A stretch of 64,000 nt of DNA from Alphaproteobacteria bacterium (GCA_041906305.1 JAYRJL010000005.1:212269-276268); one strand, 5' to 3'; shown: positions 35,790-47,624, counted from the stretch's first letter. Notes: generated by a model not told the origin, from the letters alone. A program made the numbers and translations.

Positions 35790-37031
35790 ATGCTCGACGG
35801 GCCGGTCCCCGAAGGCGGACGCCTCGCGCAGAACCTGATGCGCTTCGGGCGCGTGCTGCGCGCGGCCGGGCTGCCGGTCGGGCCGGGCAAGGTGCTGGAC
35901 GCGATCCGCGCGGTCGAGACGGTCGGCATCTCGAGCCGCGCCGATTTCTACTGGGCGCTGCATGCGGTGTTCGTGAACCGGCGCGACCAGCGCGAGGTCT
36001 TCGACCAGGCCTTCCACGTCTTCTGGCGCAACCCGAAGATCATGGAACGCCTGATGGCCCTGGTGCTGCCGAGCTTCCGTGCCGAAGGGGTGGGCGACCA
36101 GATGGAGGTCTCGCGCCGCGTCGCCGAGGCGATGCAGGGAAACGCCGGCGCCTTCCCCGAGACCCAGACCGAGGAGAACAACGAGATCGAGGTCGATGCG
36201 ACGCTGACCTTCTCCGAGAAGGAGGTGCTGCGCGCGATGGACTTCGAGAAGATGTCGGCCGATGAAATCAGGAAGGCGGAGGCGGCGATCCGCCGTCTCG
36301 CCGCCCGGATCAAGATGGAGCCGACGCGGCGCTTCCGTCCCAATCCATCCGGCAGCCGCATAGATCTCCGTCAGACCATGCGCTCGGCGCTGCGCGGCAA
36401 TCCGGACGTGATCGACCTCAAGCGCCGTCGCCGCGTGATGAAGCCGCCGCCGCTGGTGGCGCTCTGCGACATCTCCGGCTCGATGAGCCGCTACAGCCGG
36501 CTCTTCCTGCATTTCCTGCACGCCGTCACCAACGACCGCGACCGGGTGCACAGCTTCGTCTTCGGGACCCGGCTCACCAACGTCACGCGCGATCTCCGCC
36601 AGAAGGACATCGACGTGGCGCTCGCCCGCGTCGCCCAGCATGTCGAGGACTGGTCGGGCGGCACGCGCATCGGCGCCACGCTGCACGAGTTCAACACGCG
36701 CTGGTCGCGCCGCGTGCTGGGGCAGGGCGCGGTCGTGCTGTTCATCTCCGATGGTCTCGATCGCGATGCCGGCGCCGGCATCGAGCGCGAGATCGAGCGG
36801 CTCCACAAATCCGCGCGGCGGCTGATCTGGCTCAATCCGCTGTTGCGCTACGAGGGCTTCGCCCCCAAATCCATGGGGGTCCGGGCGCTCTTGCCCCATG
36901 TGGACGAGTTCCGTCCGGTGCATAATCTCGAAAGCCTGGAGGCGCTGGCGACGGCGCTGGCCCAGCCCGCCCCGAGGCGGCTCGAAGCCGCCGCCGCCTG
37001 GTCGGGCAGACTCGAAGGAGAAGCCGCATGA
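35790..37031 (+). CDS. coxE: VWA-domain protein, CoxE-like.
   Basis: The VWA MIDAS context (LVALCDISGSMSRYS) is present. It follows the MoxR ATPase, as in cox accessory clusters. Confidence 0.8.
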   Translation: MLDGPVPEGGRLAQNLMRFGRVLRAAGLPVGPGKVLDAIRAVETVGISSRADFYWALHAVFVNRRDQREVFDQAFHVFWRNPKIMERLMALVLPSFRAEGVGDQMEVSRRVAEAMQGNAGAFPETQTEENNEIEVDATLTFSEKEVLRAMDFEKMSADEIRKAEAAIRRLAARIKMEPTRRFRPNPSGSRIDLRQTMRSALRGNPDVIDLKRRRRVMKPPPLVALCDISGSMSRYSRLFLHFLHAVTNDRDRVHSFVFGTRLTNVTRDLRQKDIDVALARVAQHVEDWSGGTRIGATLHEFNTRWSRRVLGQGAVVLFISDGLDRDAGAGIEREIERLHKSARRLIWLNPLLRYEGFAPKSMGVRALLPHVDEFRPVHNLESLEALATALAQPAPRRLEAAAAWSGRLEGEAA

Positions 37032-37369
37032 GCCAAGCCCTCCCGTTCGATTCCGGCGCCGCCGACGTGCTGGCGACGGCGGCGTCGTGGAAGGCCCAGG
37101 GGAAGAAGGTGGCGCTCGCCACCGTGGTCACCACCTGGGGCTCCTCGCCGCGTCCGCAGGGCAGCCAGCTCGCGATCGACGAATCCGGGGCCTTCGTCGG
37201 CTCCGTCTCCGGCGGCTGCATCGAGGGCGCGGTGGTCAAGGAAGGCCTGGCGGCGATGAAGGACGGCAAGCCGCGCCTCCTCGACTTCGGCGTGACCGAC
37301 GAGCAGGCCTGGGATGTCGGCCTCGCCTGCGGCGGCAAGGTGCAGGTCTTCGTCGAGCCCGTCGGATAA
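37028..37369 (+). CDS. XdhC/CoxI-family N-terminal domain protein. The two XdhC domains are encoded separately.
   Basis: The sequence ...WGSSPRPQGSQLAIDESGAFVGSVSGGCIEGAV matches XdhC_CoxI. Confidence 0.7.
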   Translation: MSQALPFDSGAADVLATAASWKAQGKKVALATVVTTWGSSPRPQGSQLAIDESGAFVGSVSGGCIEGAVVKEGLAAMKDGKPRLLDFGVTDEQAWDVGLACGGKVQVFVEPVG

Positions 37370-37379
37370 GGGTGGGCGG

Positions 37380-38078
37380 ATGAAGCTCGACATCCTCGAG
37401 AAGCTGCAGAAGGCGCGTGCCGGGCGCGTGCCCGTCGCGCTGGTGACCGACCTCGACTCCGGTGCGCAGGCGCTGCTCGAAGCCGGCGAGATGATTGGCG
37501 ACGTTGCCCTTGCCGACGACGCGCTGGCCGCCGCGGTTAAGCTGATCGAGCGCGATTCGAGCGGCCAGATCGAGGTCGAGGGCCGGCGCATCTTCGTCCA
37601 TGTCCACAACCCGCCGGCACGGCTGATCGTCGTCGGCGCGGTGCACATCGCCCAGGCGCTGGTGCCGATGGCGGCGCTCGCAGGCTATGCGGTCACCGTC
37701 GTCGATCCGCGCCGCGCGTTCGCGACCGACGCGCGCTTCCCGACGGTGACGCTCTCCGACGACTGGCCCGACGAAGCGATGGAGAAGCTGTCTCCCGATG
37801 CGCGCACGGCGGTCGTCACGCTGACCCACGATCCCAAGCTCGACGATCCGGCGCTGACCGTGGCGCTACGCTCGCCGGCCTTCTATGTCGGCTGCCTCGG
37901 CTCCAAGCGCACGCACGCGAAGCGGATCGACCGGCTGAAGGCGCAGGGCCTGACCGACGCCGAGATCGGCCGCATCCACGGCCCTGTCGGGCTTCCGATC
38001 CACGCGATCTCGCCGGCCGAGATCGCGATCTCGATCCTGGCCGAGATTACGCAGGTTCGTCGAAAGGACGCGAAGTGA
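37380..38078 (+). CDS. XdhC Rossmann-like C-terminal domain protein.
   Basis: The sequence ...LIVVGAVHIAQALVPMAALAGYAVTVVDPR...YVGCLGSKRTHAKR matches XdhC_C. Confidence 0.7.
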   Translation: MKLDILEKLQKARAGRVPVALVTDLDSGAQALLEAGEMIGDVALADDALAAAVKLIERDSSGQIEVEGRRIFVHVHNPPARLIVVGAVHIAQALVPMAALAGYAVTVVDPRRAFATDARFPTVTLSDDWPDEAMEKLSPDARTAVVTLTHDPKLDDPALTVALRSPAFYVGCLGSKRTHAKRIDRLKAQGLTDAEIGRIHGPVGLPIHAISPAEIAISILAEITQVRRKDAK

Positions 38079-38095
38079 CGACCTCGCTACGCTCG

Positions 38096-38222
38096 GCCCC
38101 CACCCCGTCCCTCCCCCGGCAGAGCCGGGGGAGGGTGCTCGATGTCGTCTTTCGTGCCCCCTCCCTCGGCTGCGTAGCAGACGGGGGAGGGACGGGGTGG
38201 GGGCAGCGCTGCGTAGCAGCGC
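38096..38222. repeat. Composite GC-rich palindromic repeat, copy 2.
   Basis: The sequence is CCCCCACCCCGTCCCTCCCCC-loop-GGGGGAGGG ... CCCCCTCCC-loop-GGGGGAGGGACGGGGTGGGGG. A direct repeat GCTGCGTAGCAG is also present. Confidence 0.8.
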
Positions 38223-38232
38223 GGGGCTGTCG

Positions 38233-39878
<1,646 letters not shown>

Positions 39879-39882
<4 letters not shown>

Positions 39883-41075
39883 GGCTGCGCGAGCAGTTTC
39901 CGCTGCTGGCATCCGACCCCGGGATCCACTACCTGGATTCCGGCGCGTCGTCGCAGGTGCCGCAGGCGGTGCTCGACGCGGTGCATACATTCGAGACCAC
40001 CCAGCGCGCCAATGTCCATCGGGGCGTGCATCGCCTGGCGGAGGCCGCGACCGCAGCCTATGAGGGTGCGCGCGACGAGATCGCGGGGTTCTTCTCGGCG
40101 AAGCGCGAGGAGATCGTCTTCACCTCGGGCACGACGGGCGCGATCAACCTGGTCGCGCATAGCTTCGGCGATGCGCTCAGGCCCGGCGACGAGATCGTCA
40201 TCAGCGAGATCGAGCACCACTCCAACGTCGTCCCCTGGCAGATGCTACGCGACCGGCGCGGCCTCGTGCTGAAGGCGCTGCCGGTGACCGTCGAGGGCCG
40301 CATCGACCTCTCCGCGCTCGACCGCCTGGTGACGGCGAAGACGAAGCTGATCGCGCTCGCCCATTGCTCCAACGTTACCGGTGCCGTCGCCGAGCTCGCC
40401 AGGGTGGTCGACGCGGCGAAGGCGGTGGGCGCCGCGGTGCTGATCGACGGCGCCCAGCGCGTGCCGCACGGACCGCTCGACATCCCGGCGCTCGGCGTCG
40501 ATTTCTACGCCTTCTCCGGCCACAAGATGTACGCGCCGCACGGCATCGGCGTGCTGTGGGGAAAGCGCCAGCGCCTGGAGGCGATGCCGCCCTTCCTCGG
40601 CGGCGGCGACATGATCCGCCACGTGACGATCGAGAAGACCACCTATGCTCCGCCGCCGATGCGCTTCGAGGCGGGCACGCCCAACATCTCCGGCGCGATC
40701 GGCCTCGGCGCCGCCTGCCGCTGGATGCGCGGCCTCGACTGGACCGCGATCGCTCAAGCGGAGATGCGGCTCACCGGCCGCGTGCTCGACGGCCTCGCCA
40801 AGGTTCCGGGCGCGCGCATCGTCGGTCCTCTCGGATTGCAGCAGCGGATCGGCGTCGTCTCCTTCGCGCTCGGCGCCGCACACCCGCACGACGTGGCGCA
40901 GATCCTCGACCGGCACGGCGTCGCCTGCCGCGGCGGGCATCACTGCGCGGAACCGCTGATGGACCGCTTCGACCTGATGGGAACGACCCGCGCCTCGATC
41001 GCGCCCTACACCGAGGACGCGGACATCGACGCGCTGCTCCGCGGCGTCGACGAGGCGCGGAGGCTGCTCGGATGA
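39879..41075 (+). CDS. sufS: Class-V aminotransferase cysteine desulfurase (SufS/CsdA-like). The GTG start overlaps the upstream stop.
   Basis: The PLP-lysine context is FSGHKMYAPHGIGVLWG. The active-site loop is HHCA, and the motif RASIAPYT is present. Confidence 0.8.
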
Positions 41076-41479
41076 GCGACGCGCTCTACCAGGACGCGCT
41101 GCTGAAGCTCGCGAAGGAAGCGCCGAGGAAGGGCCGGCTCGAGCCCAACGACGCCAGCGTCCGCCTCGACAACCCGCTCTGCGGCGACCGGGTTCGGATC
41201 GACCTCCGGATGAGTGGCCCTCGGATCGCCGACCTCGCTCACGAGGTCCGCGGCTGCGTGCTCTGCGAGGCGGCGGCGGGCGCGATCGGCCGGCTGGCGG
41301 TCGGCCTGGACAAGGACGGGGTCGCCGGGCTCGCCGCCGAAGCCGACAAGGCGCTCGCCGGGGAGGCGACGAACATCCAGGAATTACAGGCGTTTAGCCC
41401 GGTATCCAAGCACCGCAGCCGTCAGGACTGTGTTCGCCTGCCATTCCAGGCACTTAGGGAAGCAATCGGCGCCGTGTAA
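41072..41479 (+). CDS. NifU/IscU-like Fe-S scaffold N-terminal-domain protein (SufU-like).
   Basis: The three conserved Cys contexts are NPLCGD, VRGCVLC and HRSRQDC. Its ATG overlaps the sufS stop in an ATGA arrangement. Confidence 0.65.
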   Translation: MSDALYQDALLKLAKEAPRKGRLEPNDASVRLDNPLCGDRVRIDLRMSGPRIADLAHEVRGCVLCEAAAGAIGRLAVGLDKDGVAGLAAEADKALAGEATNIQELQAFSPVSKHRSRQDCVRLPFQALREAIGAV

Positions 41480-41566
41480 CGAGTTATCCCGCCTACGATG
41501 CGTAGTTTACAAAAGATTATTTAAAATTTGTCGTGAACTTGGGCATGATCTTCCGGGGTGGAAATC

Positions 41567-42196
41567 ATGACCGACAAGATTCCGACGACGTCGCGTCCGG
41601 GCTGGGCGCGCATCGAAGCGGAACACGATATCGCCGAGGCCCATGAGGTCCTCGGCCATCCGCTGCTCGTCGACCTCCTCAAGTTGTGGGCCCAGCTCTG
41701 CCGGAACGGCGAGCCGCCGGCGCGCGAGGACGTCGACAACCTGATCTACAGGCCCAGCATCCTGCCGAACATCTTCCTGCTCGAAGGCGTCGAGCGCAGC
41801 GGTGGGCGCGATCTCCGCTACAGCGTGATCGGCAAGGGCCTCGCGACAAGCTTCGGCAGCGACATGACCGGGCGCTATGCCCGCGACATCTTCGCCGACC
41901 GGGCCTATGCCGAAGAACTCATCTCGGTCGCGTTCCTGGTGATGGACGGACGCCGGCCGATCGCGACCACCGGCCGATACTTTCCGCCGTCGTCCTCGGG
42001 TGCGGCGATCGACGTCCTTCGCCTGGGCCTGCCGCTGAAGCCATTGGCGAGCGGAACACCGACCCTTCTCGTCTGCCAGGTAAGTCTCATGGGGGGCGAG
42101 ATCGTCGAGGTCGCTCCCCACGTCCCGTATTCCTATGAACCCGGAAGCGTCGTCGCCTTCGTCGACCGCAGCTCCGGAAGGAGCCAGCCGACATGA
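41567..42196 (+). CDS. Hypothetical cytoplasmic protein, possibly with a PAS-like fold. It sits upstream of mucR.
   Basis: A 209-aa ORF behind an AT-rich promoter island. Alternative GTG start at 41558. Confidence 0.5.
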   Translation: MTDKIPTTSRPGWARIEAEHDIAEAHEVLGHPLLVDLLKLWAQLCRNGEPPAREDVDNLIYRPSILPNIFLLEGVERSGGRDLRYSVIGKGLATSFGSDMTGRYARDIFADRAYAEELISVAFLVMDGRRPIATTGRYFPPSSSGAAIDVLRLGLPLKPLASGTPTLLVCQVSLMGGEIVEVAPHVPYSYEPGSVVAFVDRSSGRSQPT

Positions 42197-42609
42197 GCGA
42201 CGACAAGACCCGGACCCTCCGGCAGCTGACGGCGGAGATCGCCGCCTCCTATGCCTCCCGCAATTCGATGACAGCGGCGGAGCTCCCGCGCGTGATCGAG
42301 ATCGTGCATTCGTCGCTGGCCGCGCTCGATCCGTCGTCGGTCGCGATCGACCTGGCGTCGAGCGAGCCGGCGGTGCCGGTCAAGCGCTCGATCGGCGCGA
42401 CGCATCTCGTCTGCCTGGGCTGCGGCATCTCGCTGAAGACACTGAAGCGCCATCTGCGTGCCGTGCACGACATGACGCCGCAGCAGTATCGCGAAGCCTG
42501 GAAGCTGCCGCCCACCTACCCGATGGTGGCGCCGGCCTACGCCCAGCAGCGCTCGCGCCACGCCAAGCAGATGGGCCTCGGCAAGCGTCCTTCGTCGAAG
42601 AGGCGCTAG
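42193..42609 (+). CDS. mucR: Ros/MucR-family C2H2 zinc-finger transcriptional regulator.
   Basis: The sequence HLVCLGCGISLKTLKRHLRAVHDMTPQQYREAWKLP is the Ros/MucR zinc finger. Confidence 0.85.
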   Translation: MSDDKTRTLRQLTAEIAASYASRNSMTAAELPRVIEIVHSSLAALDPSSVAIDLASSEPAVPVKRSIGATHLVCLGCGISLKTLKRHLRAVHDMTPQQYREAWKLPPTYPMVAPAYAQQRSRHAKQMGLGKRPSSKRR

Positions 42610-42613
42610 GCGG

Positions 42614-43378
42614 TCACCGCATCAGGAACCCGCCGTCGACGGCCAGGATGTGGCCGTTGACGTAGCTGGCAAGATCGCTGGCGAGGAACACCGCGCCGCG
42701 CGCGCACTCGGACGCCAGGCCCATGCGGCCGAGCGGGATGCGCGAGCGCGCGTTCTCCAGCGTCTCCTTGGTCATGCCCGTCCGCTGCATCGGCGTGTCG
42801 ATCGCGCCCGGCGACAGCGTGTTCACGGTGATGCCGTGGGGACCCAGGTCCTTCGCGAAGGACTTGGTCATCGTCATGATGCCGGCCTTGGTGATCGCAT
42901 AGGCGGTGGCGCCGACGAAGCCGCCGACGAGACCGGCGCCGCTCGAGCAGTTGACGATGCGGCCCCATTTGCGCGGCTTCATCACTTCGCCTGCGGCGCG
43001 GCAGAGGAAGAACTGGCTGCGCAGGTTGACGTTCATGAGCTTGTCCCACTCGGCCTCGTCGACCTGCTCCATGTCGATGCGGCGGAGCGTGGCGGCGATG
43101 TTGAGGAGACAGTCGAGGCGGCCTTCGCGCTTCGCCGTGCGGGCGATCAGCGCGTCGCAGGCGGCGATGTCGGCGAGGTCGACGACCTCGGCCGTGTGGC
43201 CCGATCCGGCAAAGCCGGCGACGGTCGCCTTCACGCCGTCGGCGTTGACGTCGACCGCGATCACCTTGGCGCCGGCGGCGGCCATGATCTGGGCCGCGGC
43301 CTGGCCGATGCCGGACGCGGCACCGGTGACGATGGCGACGCGGCCCTGGAGGCCGAGGAGTTCGAGTTCGGGGCTCAT
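42614..43378 (-). CDS. SDR-family oxidoreductase (FabG-like).
   Basis: The TGAASGIG motif, the catalytic YxxxK context and the C-terminal HILAVDGGF motif are all present. Confidence 0.85.
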   Translation of the reverse strand: MSPELELLGLQGRVAIVTGAASGIGQAAAQIMAAAGAKVIAVDVNADGVKATVAGFAGSGHTAEVVDLADIAACDALIARTAKREGRLDCLLNIAATLRRIDMEQVDEAEWDKLMNVNLRSQFFLCRAAGEVMKPRKWGRIVNCSSGAGLVGGFVGATAYAITKAGIMTMTKSFAKDLGPHGITVNTLSPGAIDTPMQRTGMTKETLENARSRIPLGRMGLASECARGAVFLASDLASYVNGHILAVDGGFLMR

Positions 43379-44163
43379 CGCAGCATCAGCCCCCCTTCGA
43401 CGTCGAGCGTATGCCCGGTGACATAGCTTCCCCAGTCGGAGACCAGGAACAGGATCGCCTTGGCGACTTCCTCGGGCTGGCCGGCGCGCTTGAGCGGCAC
43501 GTTCTTCTGATAGTGCGCGTTCCAGCTCTCGTCGGTGAAGCCGAAGCGGCCCATCGGCGTGTCGATGCCGCCGGGCGCCACCGCATTCACGGTGATGTTG
43601 TCGGCGGCGACCTGGCGGGCGAGCGACTTCGCCAGCGCCAGCGCGCCGCCCTTGCCGATCGCGTAGACCGAGGAGTTGTCGGCGCCGCCGTTGAAGGCGG
43701 CGGTCGAGGCGATGACCACGACGCGTCCGGACTTCTGCTTGCGCATGGGACGCACCGCGGCGCGGCACATCGCGAACTGGCTGAGCAGGTTGGTGTCCAT
43801 CATCTGCTCCCACAGGGCCGCATCCACGTCCTTGATCGCGACGCGGCGGAGGATCGCCGCCGCGTTGACCAGGATGTCGAGGCGGCCGTGGCGCTTGAGC
43901 ACGGCATCCACCACCTGCTCGCAGGCGGCCGGCACCGAGAGGTCGGCGGTGTCGGTCGAGCCGTCGCGGCCGAGGTCGAGCCCGGCGAAGCCCTTCGGGT
44001 TGATGTCGACCGCGGTGACCACGGCGCCGGCGCGTGCCAGGAGCTCGGCGGTGGCGCGGCCGATGCCGGATCCGGCACCGGTCACGATCGTGACCTTGCC
44101 GGCGAGGCCGAAGCCGGCGCCGGGCTCGCCGGAGACGGTGACGCCTTTCGTGAGCTCGCTCAT
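43375..44163 (-). CDS. SDR-family oxidoreductase (FabG-like).
   Basis: The TGAGSGIG motif and the motif YAIGKGG...HTLDVEGG are present. An ATGA overlap links it to both neighbours. Confidence 0.85.
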   Translation of the reverse strand: MSELTKGVTVSGEPGAGFGLAGKVTIVTGAGSGIGRATAELLARAGAVVTAVDINPKGFAGLDLGRDGSTDTADLSVPAACEQVVDAVLKRHGRLDILVNAAAILRRVAIKDVDAALWEQMMDTNLLSQFAMCRAAVRPMRKQKSGRVVVIASTAAFNGGADNSSVYAIGKGGALALAKSLARQVAADNITVNAVAPGGIDTPMGRFGFTDESWNAHYQKNVPLKRAGQPEEVAKAILFLVSDWGSYVTGHTLDVEGGLMLR

Positions 44164-46364
44164 GCGTTCTCCGGCATCTGGAACGGGGTGGGATCGATGA
44201 AGCGCTTCAGCACGTTCCGGGTGATCCGTTCGATGTTGTTGTCGAAGTTGTTCCACGACAGCGAGCCCGACCAGGCGATCGAGCCGACGGAGAAGACCGC
44301 GCCGCCGCCCGCCGTCTCGAAGAAGACGATGTCGGCGCGGACGGGATCGAGGGTCTCCTCGTTCGGCTTCGGCACCAGGTCGGTGAAGCTCGGCACCGAG
44401 ATGTCATAGACGTTGGTGTGGTTCCAGGAGGACGCCAGCAGCAGCGCGTGCCGCGGAGATCCGAGACTCGTGTCGTGGCGGTCGATCTCGTAGCCCGCGG
44501 CACCGCCCATCAGCACGCCGAAGTCGCCGACGATCTCGTCCTTCACGCCCTCGAAGATGAAGGCGGCGCGCGGGTCGTGGCTCGCCTTCGAGCGCTTGTA
44601 GCCGGAACAGGCGTCGAACCCTTGCGTCACCATGCCGACGCCGCAGATCAGGTTGGGCGGGCGGCCGACGCGGAGCCACGTGCCGGCGACCTCGCCGGTG
44701 AAGCTCATGTTGCTCTCGCCCTCGACGTTGGAGGCCAGGAAGCCCTGGCCGGCGCGGCGCACCTCGACCACGCCGGGCAGCGTCGGATGGTAGGCCGTCC
44801 GCCAGTAGAAGCCGTTGCCGCCGAGATACATGAAGCGGCCGCCGTCGCGCAGGAAGGTCTCGACCGCATCCATCATCTCGGTCGTGTAGTACTCGGGATG
44901 CGAGCCGGTGAAGATGCAGGCGTAGTCCGAGATCGCGGAGACGCCTTCGGCGTGCAGGTCGTCGTCGGTGACGATCTCGTAGTCGATCTTCGCGTGCTCG
45001 AGCCAGGCGATGAAGAACATGTCCTGGCAGAACTTGTAGACGCGCCCCGTGGGCCGGTAGTTGGTCACCGGCCGCATCATCGAGGAGTAGAGCGTCAGGC
45101 TGCCGTCGGAGTGCGGATCGTAGGTCGAGGAGCCCAGATCCGGATACTCCTCCATCAGGAAGTCGGTGCGGTCGAGCACGGTGACGCGGCCATGATAGAG
45201 CTCGCTCCAGCGGCCCTCCACGCGCGACCGGAAGTTCGAATAGGCGGCGTAGGTGCAGGTGGGCACCAGGAAGGCGCAGCGTGCCTTGGCGCCGCCCTTC
45301 TTCGGACGCACGAAGAACGGCACGAAGAACTCGGCATCGCCGGCTTCGAGCCTCAGCGCATAGGTACCGCTCTTCCAGTTGTCCGGGATCGTCAGCTCGT
45401 AGGCGGTCGGCCAGAGGCAGTCGTAGATGTCGTCGTCATGGAAGTGGATCGAGCCGTACTGCTCGGGGATCGACTTCCAGTCGTGCCGCTCGGCCTTCCA
45501 GTTCGAGCCGAACACGGCCCTGGTCGGCAGGTTGACGGTGGTGCCCCAGAGCGCGTTCGGCGAGACGTCGCGCACGATCTCGGACGAGATGTCGCGCGAG
45601 AAGTCCCAGTCCGCGATCGCATCGACATGGGCGGGCCCGGTCGGACCGGCGAGCGCGAGGCGTTCGAGATCGGAAAAGGTGAGGGCGCGGCCGAGCACGC
45701 GCGGCCGCTCGATCTTGCCGTTGTAGTGGCGGATGACCTTCGGCCCGTCCGCTTGCGCGCCGATCCGGAACGGCCGTTCCGAGGGGGTGGGACGCGGCAC
45801 GCGGTCGAAGCGCTGCTGAAGCGAGCCCAGCGCGTCGAACTGGAACAGCTCGACCTCGCGCGCATAGACGAGCGCGGTGCCGGTCGCCGCGTCGATCGCG
45901 GCGGCGACGAAGCTCCAGCGCTTCGGGCGCAGCTTCCGCGGCAGCGCATAGTGCTGGCCGCCGACGACGAGGGCCAGCCGTCCTTCGTCGTCGATATGGA
46001 GGCCGATGCCGGCGGTCCCGTCGGCGTTGCCCAGGATCGCCTGCTCGCCCTTCGCCGGGGTCGTCGGCCAGACGAACGCGGCGAGTGTGCAGGTGGTGAG
46101 CCGCGTCAGCTTCGGGTGCGCCGGGATCTCGGCGTAGCTGCCGGCGGGGATCGGATGATGCTGGCCCTTGTGCTCGCCGTTGAACGGGCACGGCATCGCG
46201 TCGTACCGGAATTCCGGCGCGTGCGGCGCGGGAAACGTCTGCGCGCTTAAGAGGCGGACCACCGTCGCCTTGTAGTTGGGCGATCCGTCGACGCTGACCT
46301 TGAACTGGATCGGCTCGCCGACGCGCACGCTGCGGCGATCGGCATATCCCATGACCGAGACCAT
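44160..46364 (-). CDS. N,N-dimethylformamidase large (beta) subunit-family protein.
   Basis: It is 734 aa and contains the LYLGGNGFYWR-type motif shared with the paralog at 47800. The family assignment is from memory of DmfA2 homologs, so confidence is moderate. Confidence 0.5.
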   Translation of the reverse strand: MVSVMGYADRRSVRVGEPIQFKVSVDGSPNYKATVVRLLSAQTFPAPHAPEFRYDAMPCPFNGEHKGQHHPIPAGSYAEIPAHPKLTRLTTCTLAAFVWPTTPAKGEQAILGNADGTAGIGLHIDDEGRLALVVGGQHYALPRKLRPKRWSFVAAAIDAATGTALVYAREVELFQFDALGSLQQRFDRVPRPTPSERPFRIGAQADGPKVIRHYNGKIERPRVLGRALTFSDLERLALAGPTGPAHVDAIADWDFSRDISSEIVRDVSPNALWGTTVNLPTRAVFGSNWKAERHDWKSIPEQYGSIHFHDDDIYDCLWPTAYELTIPDNWKSGTYALRLEAGDAEFFVPFFVRPKKGGAKARCAFLVPTCTYAAYSNFRSRVEGRWSELYHGRVTVLDRTDFLMEEYPDLGSSTYDPHSDGSLTLYSSMMRPVTNYRPTGRVYKFCQDMFFIAWLEHAKIDYEIVTDDDLHAEGVSAISDYACIFTGSHPEYYTTEMMDAVETFLRDGGRFMYLGGNGFYWRTAYHPTLPGVVEVRRAGQGFLASNVEGESNMSFTGEVAGTWLRVGRPPNLICGVGMVTQGFDACSGYKRSKASHDPRAAFIFEGVKDEIVGDFGVLMGGAAGYEIDRHDTSLGSPRHALLLASSWNHTNVYDISVPSFTDLVPKPNEETLDPVRADIVFFETAGGGAVFSVGSIAWSGSLSWNNFDNNIERITRNVLKRFIDPTPFQMPENA

Positions 46365-46376
46365 CTGCGTGCTCCC

Positions 46377-46703
46377 TTAAGCGATCGCCAGTTTCTGGCC
46401 GGTCATCGCTTCCCAGCGCAGTTTGAACACGTGCCACTCCGCTTCCTCGAGCGAGGTGAACGTCGGCCCCACCATGATCGGCTTCAGCGGGCGCGTGTCC
46501 GACATCTTCGCCAGCGTCCATTCGGTATGGGGCTTGGAGAGCCAGAGAAAATAGCGGCCCTCGATCGGCGTGGTGCGCATCACCGCCAGCAGCTCCTGCA
46601 GCGCCGGCGTGTGGCCGCCGAACGGCTTCCGCCGGAACTCCTGGGCGAGGTCGGTCCAGGACGGATCGATCCTGATCGTCAGATTGCCGTTGCGGTCGCG
46701 CAT
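46377..46703 (-). CDS. Small protein, a putative dimethylformamidase small (alpha) subunit-like partner.
   Basis: It is 108 aa, lies 12 bp upstream of the large-subunit-like gene on the same strand, and shows coding bias. The assignment rests on context only. Confidence 0.35.
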   Translation of the reverse strand: MRDRNGNLTIRIDPSWTDLAQEFRRKPFGGHTPALQELLAVMRTTPIEGRYFLWLSKPHTEWTLAKMSDTRPLKPIMVGPTFTSLEEAEWHVFKLRWEAMTGQKLAIA

Positions 46704-46769
46704 GAATCCCCCGGCGCAAAGATGTCCGGGAGTGTCGGAAGGCCCAGGGAGGCGGTCAACCGAGACCGT

Positions 46770-47066
46770 CTAACGACGGTGTGGCGCCTTGGGCGGCGGC
46801 TCCGACGCGGGCTCGTCCTTGCCGGTCCAGCTCCGGGAAGGCTCCGACTCGCCCGTCATCGCCTGGATGTAGTCTCTCCCGGCCTCGGTGATCTCGAGGA
46901 CGGAGACGTGGCGACCGAAAAGACGAAGGCTCTCGTCGGCGATGTCGGCGTAGCCGGCCAGCGTCAGCTCGATCATGACCTTGGGTGCGACGACGGGAAC
47001 GGGAAGCGATCCCTGAGCCAGGGCCTTCAGGGTGAGCAGGGCTGCACGTGAAAGCGAACTGGCCAT
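46770..47066 (-). CDS. Hypothetical small protein.
   Basis: A 98-aa ORF with no homology recognised. Confidence 0.3.
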   Translation of the reverse strand: MASSLSRAALLTLKALAQGSLPVPVVAPKVMIELTLAGYADIADESLRLFGRHVSVLEITEAGRDYIQAMTGESEPSRSWTGKDEPASEPPPKAPHRR

Positions 47067-47149
47067 CGATGCGACCGGACCCTAGCCCGATTCGCGCCGA
47101 TCCGCCGGTGACATCTTCGCAATGAAAAGGCGCGTCGCGCCCGCGCACT

Positions 47150-47562
47150 CAACTCTTGATGTCGAGAAGCGCCTTGTCGAGCTCGCCGGCGGTCTGGATG
47201 ACCTTGAGGTTCGCCTCGAAGGCCCGCTGCGCGACGATCTGGTTCGACTGCTGCTGGGCGAGGTCGACCGCCGGGCGGTCGACGAAGCCGGCATCGTTGG
47301 CGTCGGGTGCGTCCGGCTCGAACTGCTGGATCGAGGTCGGGTCGATCGCCGCGACCGTCGCCCGCACGCCGCCGGCGGCATTGCTGGTCTCGACCACCTG
47401 CCCCGGCCGGAACAGCGGCGTGCCGTCGGCCGCGGTCGCGTCCGCCGAATCCTTCGGGGCGCCCCGGCTGCGCAGATTCGCGATGTTGGAGGCGGTGACC
47501 TCCTCGCGCCTGGCGGCGGCGATGGCTCCGGAGAGCGCGTTCGAGATGATGCCGGTCATCAT
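47150..47562 (-). CDS. Flagellar basal-body rod (FlgB/FlgC)-like protein. It is an orphan outside any flagellar cluster.
   Basis: The N-terminal rod motif is ISNALSGAIAAARREEVTASNIANLRSRGA. The C-terminus is QRAFEANLKVIQTAGELDKALLDI. It is 137 aa, similar to the FlgC size. Confidence 0.45.
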
Positions 47563-47624
47563 GGAAGGATACTGCGGCGGCCCGGGCCGGCATAGCTGTG
47601 ACGGAAGTCACGGTTAATTCTGAA

